Source: Eledone cirrhosa
Lineage: Eukaryota
Reading direction: 5' to 3'
DNA length: 64,000 nucleotides
Assembly: GCA_964016885.1 (NCBI GenBank)
Contig: OZ024765.1
Coordinates: forward strand, 1,302,001-1,366,000
Made by a program: the position numbers and the translations under genes. Positions 12,401 through 27,845 of the stretch are shown one piece after another; within the stretch, counting starts at the first letter, position 1, and each line of letters begins with the position of its first letter. Below the pieces are notes generated by a model. The model did not search any database and had not been told where the DNA came from. It saw only the letters and a program-made list of their open reading frames with translations.

Positions 12401-13103
12401 AGATTGATCAAGTGACCGTGTCTCGCTCGTATAGACTATGTGGCAGGTTTTCTACGGCTGAATGCCCTTCCTAACACCAACCACATTTACTGTCTCCTAC
12501 ACAACTACTTTACAGTGTGGACTGTTTTTGTTGTGACACCTACATGACCACTTTACAGTGTGGACTGGGTGCTTTTTGTTGTGACACCTACACAACCACT
12601 TTACAGTGTGGACTGTGTACTTTTTGTTGACACCTACATGACGACTTTACAGAGTGGACTATGTGTTTTTTTGTTGTGACACCTACATGACCACTTTACA
12701 GAGTGGACAGTGTGTTTTTTTGTTGTGACACCTACATGACCACTTTACAGTGTGGACTGGGTGCTTTTTGTCATGTCACCTACATGACCACTTAACAGTG
12801 GGAGGATGGAGTAGGGTGTGTGAGGTGTATAATGGGTTAAGGGGTACCTACTGACTGTAGGTTTAAGTTTGTAGGTCTCTGGCAAGTTATCTACGGGTGG
12901 ATGCCCTTCCTAACACCAACCACATTTATAGCGTCAACTATATATATGTATCATCATCATCGTTTAACGTCCATCTTCCACACTTAGGATGTGTTAGACG
13001 GTTTTGTCCCATTTGGATGAGAGAGATAGATATGTAAAATCCTCACTGTGGCACCAAATGATTTTGGCATGTTTTATTAATTTCTTTTGTCCTTCAATTC
13101 CAG

Positions 13104-13517
13104 CAATTTGGCAGCCAAAGCCATAAACTGCCAGGCCGTACTACAGCGGTCCCAGAGCCAGAATACGGAGTCGTCGAACCCACTAGTATACCACCAGGTC
13201 GCATCACTATAAGCCAAGCCCTAAACCTAATTTCTCAGCACCAGACGGACCCTACGTTGTACAGCGCCAGCCACATTGCACGGGAATACAAACTAGAGTT
13301 ATACAGTGCCCAACAAGTCCTGAAATATTTCCAGGTCTTTCACATGCACATACCTCAAAAGATGCAGGAAAGATTTCCTCATCTTCTCACTACTTTGAAA
13401 TCACAGATATCCAGATTAGAATCAGAAAAACAGAAGAAACTTTTAAACTTTGCTCGAGAGGCAGCAAAACCAGATAAAAACAAAGTTTTGGATGAAAATA
13501 TAGAAAAACAATCCTAG
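13104..13517 (+). CDS. NDUFAF4: NDUFAF4 exon 3 (terminal)
   Basis: ttccAG acceptor. Encodes IPPGRITISQALNLISQHQTDPTLYSASHIAREYKL..VLKYFQVF. TAG ends at 13517 and AATAAA lies near 13537. Total 216 aa. Confidence 0.93.
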   Translation, partial: QFGSQSHKLPGRTTAVPEPEYGVVEPTSIPPGRITISQALNLISQHQTDPTLYSASHIAREYKLELYSAQQVLKYFQVFHMHIPQKMQERFPHLLTTLKSQISRLESEKQKKLLNFAREAAKPDKNKVLDENIEKQS

Positions 13518-13794
13518 GATATATTTTTTTTTTCTAAATAAATATAGTTGACAAAATATTTTGTAGAGATTTTGTTATTGTCTCGAGGGCGGGGTTGATA
13601 AAATAAAGTACCAGTGAAATACTGGGGTCGATATAGTCGACTTTAATTCTAATTTGCTGGCGTTGTGCCATTATTGGAAATTTACAATGAAATACATCCA
13701 GTACACTCTTGACCTGTCTAGGTTAGTAGCCTCACTTCAGTACTGATTTGGTCTATGTGACCCATCCAGCCCTTGTTAGCAGGGAAAGTAGACA

Positions 13795-14277
13795 TTAACC
13801 CTTTAGCATTTAAACCGATCGTATTCGGCCAGATTTTTCTTACCTCTTTCTGTTCAAACTGGCTGCTCATACTGATATCAAGGTATTGTTTCAAAATAAA
13901 TAATACCAAAATCTCTGAGTTGATATTATGTGAGGTAAGGCCTTTCCCATGAAAATATAATACTGTGTCTAAAGTCTGTCTTAAGCCAGAAGGCTCATTT
14001 GGCCGGTGCTTATCCCAGTTTCATGGTATGAAGCGACTGAGAGTACAAGACTCCCACCTGGACAGGACACCAGTCCATCGCAGGGTTAAACCCCCAGCTA
14101 TTGCCGGTACTCATTTTCAACTGAGTACACTGGAGCAACGTGAAATGAAGTGTTTTGCTCAAGAACACAACCCAGGAATCGAACCCACAACATTATGATT
14201 GTAAGTCCAACACCCTTACCACTAGGCCACGTGCCTCCCCTTAATAGTAAATATAATGTAAATGCTAAAGGGTCAAA
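13795..14277. mobile_element. piggyBac-like MITE with a nested tRNA SINE (about 13980-14238, minus)
   Basis: TTAA-CCCTTTAGCATTTA...TAAATGCTAAAGGG-TcAA termini. Same MITE at 35253-35456, 45793-46170, 46540-46705, 43200-43358 and 56525-56720. Confidence 0.75.
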
Positions 14278-14647
14278 TGATGATGACTCACAGATGTAGC
14301 CATTAGAATATCCAAAGCTGTGAAAAGAACTCAATATCTTATGAGAAAGGTTTGTAGTCCAATGCTTATAAATTCATGCTAAACTGACATGAGACATTTT
14401 ACAAAACAATGCCCGATGAAAAGCTGGAAATATCTGCTCATGTTTTGAAACATGTATAGCATAAACCCATAAACCCAGGACTACATTAAAACACAACACA
14501 GGGCCAACATATGAGCTGGTCAATCTCTCAGTTGGTTGCCCCAGGAGCCAACCATTTCAGGACTTGTGGAGGACTGAAAACCAACAAAGAAACATCATGA
14601 CATGCAAAAGTACAAGAATTATAATGGAGAGTTGTAGTTTGCTTCAA

Positions 14648-15132
14648 GTATTGTGTATAATGGTTTTGTTTTAAGAAGTCTAAGAGACACTGTGAAATGG
14701 ACTGTAAGATTTAGTTTCAATGAAGGCAACAAAAATGTTTTGTGTGTTAGCTGGTATTTATTACTTTTTTTTACCCTGTTGTAATATTTCGGGCCTTAAA
14801 AATCCCTTCCTCAGAGTGTGTGGAGTAAAAGGTTCCAGTTTTGTCACTTTAATAAAATCCCTTTCCCAGATGTAGGGAACTCTCAGAATAAAAGGTTCTA
14901 GTCTTGTCACTTTAATATCAAAGTGACAAGACCAGAACATTTTACTCCCCACACTCTGAAAAAGAAATTCTTGAGTCCCTAAATATTAGAACTGGGGAAA
15001 AAATAAAACAACTAATAAACACCAGCTAACACACAAAACATCTTCATTGCCGTCATTGAAGCTAAATTCTAGTCCATTTCACATTGTCTCTTAGACTTTT
15101 TAAAACAAATCATTTTCTACATTATACAAGAA
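14648..15132. repeat. About 480-bp imperfect fold-back inverted repeat (MITE-like)
   Basis: Arms pair, e.g. aagtctaagagacactgtgaaatggact with agtccatttcacattgtctcttagactt, and tgtgtgttagctggt with accagctaacacaca. Apex near 14915. Confidence 0.85.
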
Positions 15133-15172
15133 TTATTTTTTCAACCCACCCAAAAAAAACAAGTCAGAGAAG

Positions 15173-15207
<35 letters not shown>

Positions 15208-15727
15208 CAATTTATATATTTGCAAGAAGATCAAAAATTTTGATCTTATATTTTTTTTTCTTCATCTTTTCTTTATTTATGTACATGCAGGTCTCCCCTG
15301 GAGACAAATTGCATCAGGTTTCTGAAAACCCAGATACAAACTGATGGTATTGGTGGAGGTGGTGGTGGTGGAGGTGGTAGTGGTGGTGGTGGTGGTGGTG
15401 GTGTTATTGTTGTTACTTATTGTTATTGTTGTCTTTGTTTCTTTGTTTGTTGTTGTTTGCTGTGATGGATGGAGACAGACACACCAAAAAAAAAAACAAA
15501 AAAAATAACACCCTCCTGGCCTCTCTTCTTAATTTAACAGCCTTAGATTAATTAATTAAGGGAAAATAGACCCAGACCTGACCAGACCAGCTCAGTCAGA
15601 CCAAAACTGACCGGACCAGCTCAGCCAGACTAAACTTGACCAGACCAGCTTCAGACATGACATTGACCTAACCAACCCAAGTCAAGTCCAAATCCAGACT
15701 AGCCCCAGACCAGATAAGCCTAAATTC

Positions 15728-16063
15728 TGTTGTGACCAGTTTAGCCTAAAACCAGTTGTGACCAGTTTAGCCTAAAACCAGTCGTGACCAGTTTAGCCTA
15801 AAACCAGTCGTGACCAGTTTAGCCTAAAACCAGTCGTGACCAGATTAGCCTAAAACCAGTTGTGACCAGTTTAGCCTAAAACCAGTTGTGACCAGTTTAG
15901 CCTAAAACCAGTCGTGACCAGTTTAGCCTAAAACCAGTCGTGACCAGTTTAGCCTAAAACCAGTCGTGACCAGATTAGCCTAAAACCAGTTGTGACCAGT
16001 TTAGCCTAAAACCAGTTGTGACCAGTTTAGCCTAAAACCAGTCGTGACCAGGTTAGCCTAAAA
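15728..16063. repeat. 26-bp minisatellite, about 13 copies
   Basis: Unit gtgaccagtttagcctaaaaccagt(t/c). Confidence 0.95.
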
Positions 16064-16494
16064 TCCAGTTCAGACCAGGATCTATCAACAAAAGAATTAA
16101 AATAACAACAACAATAATAAGACAAAGTGCCACGTTTTCTATCTTTCTTTCTTTCTTTCTCCCCTAGCCCCACCCCCCTTTCAACACTATCACTAAGAGG
16201 GGGAGGAGGAGGGTCACAGTGTGGCGAGGGAGAGAGGGGACCGCATTGTCCACTCTATGGCAAGATAAATGTCTGGTTTGAGGATAGAAAGAGAGAGAAG
16301 GGGGTAGATTATATATATATATATATATACACATATAGGAAAAAGTATGACCCCGACGGCAGAGCTCAAGCCGTTTCGATGGCTTGAGCTCTGCCATTGG
16401 GTCATACTTTTTCCTATTTCCCACTCTACTACCCTAAGTATTGAGTACACTGGTGCATTATGGTCCACCTGGTTCCTTACCACAATTCCTTTGT

Positions 16495-18298
<1,804 letters not shown>

Positions 18299-19659
18299 TT
18301 TGATATCACTCCAATATCTGGAAGACTTGCTGCACTATTGTCTCAATAAACCTTGGTTGAGATTGATGGGGGCGGGGGGAAGGGTGTCAAGAGGGGGTGA
18401 GGTGGGGGCGGTGGTGATGAAACAGAATTTAGCCAAAATATCACATGTAAAAGAAAAAAAAATAGAAGAAAAAAAAACAAAACAAAAATCACAAATAAAG
18501 TACTGGATGTGACGCAGGGGTTTGTTTTAACTAGTGAAACCTTATAGACGAGGGGTTTGGGGCCCTCCCCCACTCTCAGAGTTGCCCTACTTTTTTGCTC
18601 AGAATGAAAAATAAATAAACTGGAACAAATGTTCATTCTAAGCTGCACAGCCAGCCTCGCAGTTGCCTGTATTGGTGCTGAGCTGCAGCTTAGAAATGTT
18701 GCACGCATCAAAACGTTGCCTAGCTTGTCACGATGTCGCTGTACACACCAAAATGTTGCTGAACACATCAAAATGTTGCTGCAACACCAAAATGTTGCTG
18801 CACATATCAAAATGTTACAGGATACATCAATATGTTATTCCATGCACCAAAATGTCGCTGCAGACATAAAGATATTATTGCAAACATCAACATTTTGCTG
18901 CAGACATCAAAATGTTGCTGGGCAGGTCAAAATGTTGCGCAGTAGCTTTGAATTTACTAAATATTTTGTCAAAGGCTGGGAAAAAATGAGAGGGAATGTT
19001 GAACTAAACCTAACAGGAGTGAACACAAGAAGGGTTGTTTTAAATACTAAACATTGGAGATAGACATGTGACTGAGAATTTTGGGCCTCTCACAGCTCCG
19101 CTGATTTGGTCTGAGAAAAAATAATGGACTAGACCCAACAGGAGTGAACACAAAAAAATCATGATGTGTGATTGGGGTTTTGGAGCTAATCACAGCTCCC
19201 CTGATTTGGTCAGACAAATAATGGACTAGAGCCAACAGGAGTGAACACAAAGAAACATAGATGCGTGATTGGGGTTTTGGGCCCTCTCGGAGCTTCCTCG
19301 TTTGGTCAGAGAAAAATAATGGACTAGACCCAACAGAAGTGAATTCACAGACAAGCTCCTGATGGAGAAGAAGAAAAATATATGTTTATGTACTCTCATG
19401 TTAGATTTGGCAGGTAGAGAGATGTTTAAGTGTTATAATAAATCTACCCGGGTATATCTAGTCACTAATATCCACCCTTGGAGATAGTGAGGTGGAAATT
19501 AGAGAAAATATACTCCGAGGATGGCTATCGACAACAAAATACCCAGGTAGGACTCTTTATTTAAAGGTAGATAAAATGAAATTTACAGCTCACACATATA
19601 AATGTTTAGCTGACCTACTATGAGGTTGTATCTCATAGGTAGAACTCGTAAGGGTAGAT

Positions 19660-20320
19660 ATCAACCTAGAAAATACCAAGGTAAGAACACGTGGGTAGAT
19701 ATCGACTGAGAAAATACCCAGATAGATCTCATGGGTAGCTATCGACTGAGAAAATACCCAGATAGATCTCATGGGTAGCTATCGACTGAGAAAATACCAA
19801 GGTAGATCTCATGGGTAGCTATTGACTGAGAAAATACCCAGATAGATCTCATGGGTAGCTATTGACTGAGAAAATACCCAGATAGATCTCATGGGTAGCT
19901 ATCGACTGAGAAAATACCCAGATAGATCTCATGGGTAGCTATCAACTGAGAAAATACCCAGATAGATCTCATGGGTAGCTATCGACTGAGAAAATACCCA
20001 GATAGATCTCATGGGTAGCTATTGACTGAGAAAATACCCAGATAGATCTCATGGGTAGCTATCAACTGAGAAAATACCAAGGTAGAACTCATGGGTAGAT
20101 ATCGACTGAGAAAATACCAAGGTAGAACTCATGGGTAGATATCGACTGAGAAAATACCAAGGTAAAAGTCAGAGGTAGATAGTAACCGAGAAAATACCAA
20201 GGTAGAACTCGTGGGTAGATATTAACCGAGAAAATACCCAGGTAAAAGTCAAGGGTAGATATCAACCAAGAATAAACTGGGGTGAAAATCAAGGGTAGAT
20301 AACAACCGAGAATAAATTAG
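19660..20320. repeat. 40-bp minisatellite
   Basis: Unit atcgactgagaaaatacccagatagatctcatgggtagct, decaying at the edges. Confidence 0.95.
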
Positions 20321-20854
20321 GGTGGAACTCTGAGGGTTAAAGATAGAAACTGGAGAAAATATCAAGAGAAAACAAGAGGGTAGCAGGGTGTGTGGTGGTG
20401 TATTGTAGTTGAAATATAGCAGCCTTCTAGGGTTTGTTTTAGATCTATTTTAAAATGCTTTAATTTCAAATTCTATTTTGTTTAATTTCAGAAAAGAAAC
20501 GGCTGAGAACTGGTCTGTCTCTGGGATGGAGGGTAGGGTTTGCACTACCTGTTGCTCTTTCTACACGAGTCAGATCACAAAATTTGTGAATATTCAACCC
20601 AGTGTGTGAGAAAGAGAGAGAGAGAGAGAGAGAGTAAAAACGAGATATATATATAGAGAGAGAGAGCCTTCCATTCCACGCCAGGAGGATACGAAGAAAA
20701 GCAGCAATAACATTGGCCACCTAACGGGACGCCAAAGTCACTACCAGGCCTGTCACACAGATTGAGAGAGAAAAGAGAGAGACATAGATAGAGAGCAGAG
20801 AGAGGAGAAACAGACAGAGAGAGAGAGAGAGAGATAGATAGATAGATAGAAGTG

Positions 20855-21077
20855 CTAATGTGTAATGATATGCTGGTTGGAATTGTGCGTTAGAGGCTTG
20901 TCTTCGAGTTTGTCGTACTCTAGATGAAATTCCTTCGCTACCTTCCGCCAGTTTGTGGCATCAAAATAGAAATAAGTTCCTCGTTCATAATTCAGAGTCT
21001 TCACAACGGGTTCCATACCAGGGGCTCGTGTGATCCACACCCTCTCTTCTTTGTGAAACCGCCAATCTCTATTATAT
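20855..21077 (-). CDS. CNOT2: CCR4-NOT subunit 2, last coding exon (NOT-box C-terminus)
   Basis: YNRDWRFHKEERVWITRAPGMEP..YERGTYFYFDATNWRKVAKEFHLEYDKLE. Acceptor ttctAG. Confidence 0.97.
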
Positions 21078-21164
21078 CTAGAAGAAATTAAGAACAGAAC
21101 AGAGCATTAGACAATTCAAAATTAGTACTGGTGAAATGAAAAAAGACACAGCCATTAACCCTTT

Positions 21165-21452
21165 AGCATTTACATTACTCTATATATACTATTGTATTTT
21201 CACAGTAAAGGCTTTACCTCACATAATATCTCACATAACATTTACATTACTCTATATATACTATTGTATTTTCACAGTAAAGGCTTTACCTCACATAATA
21301 TCTCACATAACATTTACATTACTCTATATATACTATTGTATTTTCACAGTAAAGGCTTTACCTCACATAATATCTCACATAACATTTACATTACTCTATA
21401 TATACTATTGTATTTTCACAGTAAAGGCTTTACCTCACATAATATCTCACAT
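21165..21452. repeat. 72-bp tandem repeat, 4 copies, derived from the piggyBac-like MITE end
   Basis: Begins at ttaaccctttagcattt. Same unit as 62945-63772. Confidence 0.92.
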
Positions 21453-21807
21453 AGCATGTAAAGTGGTAGTGTTGGTGTCATGATAAAATACACCCAGTAC
21501 ACTCTGTAAAGTGATAGTGTTGGTGTCATGATAAAATACACCCAGTACACTCTGTAAGAGGGTTGGTGTTAGGAAAGGCATCCAGCCATCGAAACCATGA
21601 ACATACGAACTAAACACAGTCATCTGACCTATCTAGTCTCATGACCTGTGCAACCCCTGCCGACATGGAACGTGAACATATGAAGAAGAAGATGATGATG
21701 GTGGTGGTGGTGGACTAACAACTGTGTCACAACAAAAACAACAACAACTACAACAACAACAACAACATGGAGCCGAGAACCTTCTAAGATGGTTTGGGTC
21801 TACTCAC

Positions 21808-21908
21808 AATTCGGCAGCTGCCTTTAACTGCATCTCGTCACCACCGTTCATGTAGAAAAGGAAAAAAAGCAGATCTTCCCCGTATCGGCTGAGCTTTACT
21901 TGGGATAA
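21808..21908 (-). CDS. CNOT2: CNOT2 exon
   Basis: LSQVKLSRYGEDLLFFLFYMNGGDEMQLKAAAEL. AG/GTGAGT boundaries. Confidence 0.96.
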
Positions 21909-22837
21909 CTGCAAAAACGCATGGAAAGGAAGCTTTATTAGAGGCATGATAGCTAGGATCATGCTCACAGACCCGGTGAATGTTAGTTAACATATAAACA
22001 TAATCAACACAAGAATATATATTACATATATATATATATAAACGTATGTAGAGAGAGAAGAGAGAGAGATGTATGTATATTGTGAAAAAGTTAAAATAGC
22101 AAAATTGCTTTCTATCTATTAAAAAAACAAAAAAAAACCCCAAAAAACCATTAAATTCCAGCTACAGTCCATCTTGATGGGCTTCCATATAGTTTCTGTC
22201 TACAACAAACTGATTATTTCTGCATCTAAACAGACAGGTACACTTCAACACCACCTGTGTCACTTGCTTCACACAATTTAAAAAGCAGCAGTGCAAGTGA
22301 TGTCACATGTATAAGATTTTTTAGGTTTACACCTGAAAACTGCCACCCAACTCCTGCCCTAATATATCGACCCTCTCTTGGTTCTGGCCGACTCTCACTA
22401 ACAAGTCCTGAGTCAACACGTGGCTATCGTAAAACACTTGTTCAATATTAAGCACAGCACCTGGCCCTTGGGAGCCTTTAGTGTGGGCCTACTCTGTAGC
22501 AAGAATTCCACCCAGGTCCTTTGTTTGCAAATACCTTCCTTTATCTCACAAGTCACAGAAGCCCTGTATCTCACACTTTTTTTTTTACAACTCCCAACAA
22601 GCGACTTGTATGTGAGATGTAGCACTTTTTACAACTCCCTACAAAATATCAGAGGTTGCTAAAATAGTGATTTATAAGTAGGACCTAACATATTTTTACA
22701 ACTCCCTACAAAATATCAGTTTGTTAAAATAACAAGCAATTTGAATGTAGTCCCTAACACATTTTTACAATTTCTCTACAAATCTGAAGCTTTCCCTCAG
22801 AAAAATGTGTGGCCCCTTTCACAGCAAGTTTATAAAC

Positions 22838-24067
22838 TGGAGTTTCAAGGACTGTGTAGTAAGAGTTACAAACAGGGAACTTCAGGACTGTGTAGTAAGA
22901 GTTACAAAACAGGGAACTTCAGGACTGTGTAGTAAGGGTTACAAAACTGGGAACTTCAGGACTGTGTAGTAAGAGTTACAAAACAGGGAACTTCAGGACT
23001 GTGTAGTAAGGGTTACAAAACAGAGAACTTCAGGACTGTGTAGTAAGTAAGGGTTACAAAATAGGGAACTTCAGGACTGTGTAGTAAGGGTTACAGAACA
23101 GAGAACTTCAGGACTATGTAGTAAGGGTTACAAAACAGGGAACTTCAGGACTGTGTAGTAAGGGTTACAAAACAGAGAACTTCAGGACTGTGTAGTAAGT
23201 AAGGGTTACAAAACAGGGAACTTCAGGAGTGTGTAGTAAGGGTTACAAAACAGGGAACTTCAGGACTGTGTAGTAAGGGTTACAAAACAGGGAACTTCAG
23301 GACTGAGTAGTAAGGGTTACAAAACAGGGAACTTCAGGACTGTGCAGTAAGGGTTACAAAACAGGGAACTTCAGGACTGTGTAGTAAAGGTTACAAAACA
23401 GGGAACTTCAGGACTGTGCAGTAAGGGTTACAAAACAGGGAACTTCAGGACTGTGTAGTAAAGGTTACAAAACAGGGAACTTCAAGACTGTGTAGTAAGG
23501 GTTACAAAATAGGGAACTTCAGGACTGTGTAGTAAAGGTTACAAAACAGGGAACTTCAGGACTGAGTAGTAAGGGTTACAAAACAGGGAACTTCAGGACT
23601 GTGCAGTAAGGGTTACAAAACAGGGAAATTCAGGACTGTGTAGTAAGGGTTACAAAACAGAGAACTTCAGGACTGTGTAGTAAAGGTTACAAAACAGGGA
23701 ACTTCAGGACTGTGTAGTAAGGGTTACAAAACAGGGAACTTCAGGACTGTGTAGTAAAGGTTACAAAACAGGGAACTTCAGGACTGTGTAGTAAGGGTTA
23801 CAAAACAGGGAACTTCAGGACTGTGTAGTAAAGGTTACAAAACAGGGAACTTCAGGACTGTGTAGTAAAGGTTACAAAACAGGGAACTTCAGGACTGTGT
23901 AGTAAAGGTTACAAAACAGGGAACTTCAGGACTGTGTAGTAAAGGTTACAAAACAGGGAACTTCAGGACTGTGCAGTAAGGGTTACAAAACAGAGAACTT
24001 CAGGACTGTGTAGTAAGGGTTACAAAACAGGGAACTTCAGGACTGTGTAGTAAGGGTTACAAAACAG
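22838..24067. repeat. 37-bp minisatellite, about 33 copies
   Basis: Unit gggaacttcaggactgtgtagtaagggttacaaaaca. Confidence 0.97.
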
Positions 24068-24109
24068 CATCTGAAACGTGGATGGCTGACAACAGTTGCT
24101 TTTACTCAC

Positions 24110-24159
24110 TTTATCTCGTATATATATATTGGTTAGATATTCACAGGGAACATGGAAAT
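24110..24159 (-). CDS. CNOT2: CNOT2 exon
   Basis: DFHVPCEYLTNIYIRDK. AG/GTGAGT boundaries. Confidence 0.95.
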
Positions 24160-24392
24160 CTGAAAAGACAGAAAACAGAGAGTACAATTAGCAAAGAATC
24201 TTCAATAGACAGCTTAATGGACCTCCCCTCCCACGACCCCCCCCCCCCCATAATTTTAGACAAACCCTTCACAAAATCTTTGACCCCAAGAATACACACA
24301 CACAAAAAACCAAAACAATTTGAATTAAATAAATAACCAAACAGAATGATATATATGTTGAAAAATGTCAAATTTGTGGTAGTTTAATATAT

Positions 24393-24431
<39 letters not shown>

Positions 24432-24569
24432 GTGTGTGTGTAGTTACGTCCCTTTACGATCTGAGTTCAAATCCCGCCGAGGTTGACTTTGCCTTTCATC
24501 CTTACGGGGTCGATAAAATAAAGTACCAGTAATGCACTGGGTAATTGCTGGCCTTGTGCCTAAAGTAGA

Positions 24570-24608
<39 letters not shown>

Positions 24609-24685
24609 CCGTGGGGTACTTTATATAATATGTGTACAGTACCTAGTAGCACTATTTTCTGTATGTTGTGTGTATATATATATAC

Positions 24686-25041
24686 AGGTGGAGGCACATG
24701 GCTTAGTGGTTAGAGCATTGGCCTTGCAATCGAAAGGTTGTGAGTTCAATTCTCAGACTGGGTGATGTGTTGTTTCCTTGAGCAAGACACTTTATTTCAC
24801 ATTGCTCCAGTTTACTCAGCTGTAGAAATGAGATGATAGGGACTGGGGCCCCTATCATTCCACTGCAAAGTGGTCGTGGAGGTGCCACGCCAAAAAAGCA
24901 CCCAGCACTCACTGTAAATGAGGTTGGTGTTAGGAAGGGCATCCAGCTGTAGAAATCAAGCCAGAATCAGTTCCCGTCCCACCCTCGCAAGCAGGGAAAA
25001 GCGGACGTAAAATGAAATGATGATGATGATGATGATGATGA
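24686..25041 (+). mobile_element. tRNA-derived SINE with CORE/V-like body and (GAT)n tail
   Basis: A box tggcttagtggttag, B box gagttcaattc, body ccttgagcaagacacttt. A near-identical reverse copy lies at 57740-58072. Confidence 0.85.
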
Positions 25042-25132
25042 GTGTACCCCTGTAAAAGGTAAACAGAAATAACAACACAATCGGTACAGTATATGGAAGG
25101 AATATATTAACGCTTGATATAGCAGGAAGAGG

Positions 25133-25170
25133 TTCTTAACGTTTCGGATGTTAGTCTTTCATCAGAAGAA
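25133..25170 (-). ncRNA. Minimal type I hammerhead ribozyme motif
   Basis: ttctt-CTGATGA-aagactaacatcc-GAAA-cgTT-aagaa, with a palindromic AACGTT stem III. A sister copy lies at 43726-43762. Confidence 0.7.
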
Positions 25171-25436
25171 TATATATAAGTCCTGGGGTTTAGGTTATGT
25201 ATCTGTCTGTGTCTTTATCATTCCCAGAGAACTTTTTCTGTCTTCATCATCCACATTTCACACAAACACACACATATATATATATATACACACACACACA
25301 CCACACACGCACACAATACTGAGAGAAAGAGAGAGAGAGTCAGAGAAAGACAAAACAGATGTAAACAGCATTAATCAATAACCAATAATAGATCAATGAA
25401 ATAAAAAATCAATAAGAAGAAGAAACGAATACAAAC

Positions 25437-25498
25437 CAATATCTTGTGGTCTGCATGGTGAATCAGCCCATGGACTTTGAAATGTACTATAGAGGTTT
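25437..25498 (-). CDS. CNOT2: CNOT2 exon
   Basis: NLYSTFQSPWADSPCRPQDI. AG/GT boundaries and phases fit. Confidence 0.95.
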
Positions 25499-27773
25499 CT
25501 GGAAGGAAGACAAAGAAACAGAGACGACGACGAATAATTATCTTGTGGAGAATTAGTCAACAGCTGACAGTTAATTAATTGGGTGCTTCGTTAACTCTTA
25601 ACATCCTGTACCACGTGAAACCACATTAACAAGAGTCTTATAATAATAATATAATAATGAAAATTATTGTGTACAGTGCTCAGGTGCACTACAACTCATC
25701 AAAGGTGCATGTATAGTAGATAGAATAATGTCCAAATGTCAGGAAAGTGAACAGTGTATGAATCATGATATACACACAGACACGTGTGTGTATGGAAGGG
25801 GGAATATTAGGTGTAGTGTTGGTGAATCTCAGGAAGCATGGAGGTTTTAAAGGATGCAGTGTCTCGACAGCTAACAAGTGATGCAGGTAGTTTGTTCCAT
25901 GCTTCAGCAACTCTGAGCTTTAAAAAATGTTTCCGAAAGTACAAAACAACACTATGACTGCATCACATTAGATATTAAAGTATTTACTGTAATACTGTAA
26001 ATTTTTATAACAATCTGTCCACCAGTAAAGATACTATAAACATTTGAATCAACAAACCGCATTTTAGATATTTACTGTTAAGTCATTACAGGATGTTAAG
26101 AGTTAAGACGAAATTCTATGGTACAAATATATATATATATATATATTCAAGAGAACGCTTTACAAGTCTTAGAAATCAACAGAGCCACAATTCTTGTGAA
26201 ACTTCAGTATATACCAGCCAACACACACAAGAAAACCTCTGACATTATTTTACAAGATTTGTCGACAATATTATGTGAATATAGAGTGAAATGTGAAGCC
26301 AAAAAATTACATTAACCTTGCTTGTGAAGACATTGCTTATGATTTTCAAATAATTTGGGAAACAATCAAGAATTTGGAAGGATTAATTAATATAGATAAA
26401 GGATAGAAGGCAGTAAATTGGTAAAGTCATTAAGACGTCGGATAGAATGCTTTACGGTATTCGTCCCACCTCATTGACCGCTCTGAGTTCAAATCCTGCC
26501 GTGGTCAACTTTGCTTTTCATCCTTTCGAGGTCGATAAAAAAAGTACCAGTCTAGTCCAGTACTGGGTCAATTCTTCCTCTATAGAAATTCGGCTGCGTT
26601 CAGACTTTATATCTACTATTGTATTTTCACGGTAAAGGCGTTACCTCACAATTTCAAATCTATGAGATTTTGATATTATTTATTTTGAGAACAATACCTT
26701 AACATCAGTATGAGCAGCTGGTTACAGCAGGTTTGAACAGAAAGAGGTGAGGGAGTTCTGGCCAAATACGGCCAGGATAAATGCAAAAAGGTTAAATAGA
26801 GAGTTTCCTTCCAGCCACCCTGTAGAAGCGGGACTGGTTTCAAGGTGGTTTGGTACCAAAAGGGCTTAATTATTTCTAGAATTAATGACTTTCCTACATT
26901 AAAGAGATTATAATTGATAATTTAAACAAAATTACATATTAGTTTAACATGCTGAAGAAAAGTGGTAATCAAATAAATGAACTTAGACTATAATAATTAT
27001 TGTTGAGAGATTAGAGTTTCATGAGGTTGACCAGCTGGCTACTGTGACCAAACCAGCCAGCACATGTCACCATTTCACTGACCAATTCCAACTGCCGGGA
27101 AGTCACACAACAAAGGACAGTTCTTATTAAATATTTAGGTAAAAACTATTTTTCTTGTTAATTTTTCTTTTCTATACACACAATTATATATACATATATA
27201 TATATACATACATACATACATATACACATATCTATACGCATCTATACATACATATACACATACATTTATATATATGCACAAACACACACACATATATATA
27301 TACACATCTATACATACATTTATATATATATATATATGCACAAGCACATACACACACACATATACAAATGCATATACATATATATATACACATATACACA
27401 AAAACAGACACACATATATATATAAATATACACACATAAATAAATATAAATATATATTTATATATATATATATATATATACACACACATTTATACACACA
27501 TGTATATATATATAGACACACAAATCTATACATACAAACATACATATATACAAACACACATACACATATATATATATAAATAAATACATGCACACACACA
27601 TATAAATAAACATAAATATATATTTTTATGTAAGAATATTTTCGAAACAGCGAGTGGGTTTGGAATTATTAGAAATGTAAGCTATCGCCATATTTTGACT
27701 AAAGAAATTAAAGGAATTATTTAGCCTGATAGTGGGGTTAAGAACCCTCGGAGAAATGGAAAAAGATGAGTAT

Positions 27774-27845
27774 TGACGTACATGGGAGTCGAACCCACAT
27801 CTTTGGTTATCCAGACCACTGTGCTACCATTTACACCAACACATC
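27774..27845 (-). pseudogene. tRNA-like cloverleaf (GGA at anticodon position, short variable loop) inside an inverted-repeat element
   Basis: Acceptor gatgtgt/gtacgtc, D arm gtgt/gcac, anticodon arm gtggt-ctGGAta-accaa, T arm gtggg-ttcgact-cccat, and T5 downstream. Confidence 0.5.

Noticed and set aside
18629-19063. 144-aa ORF with HQNVA repeats
   Set aside because: Arises from a degenerate ~21-bp repeat (caaaatgttgctgcacacat), with no splice context or recognisable domain.
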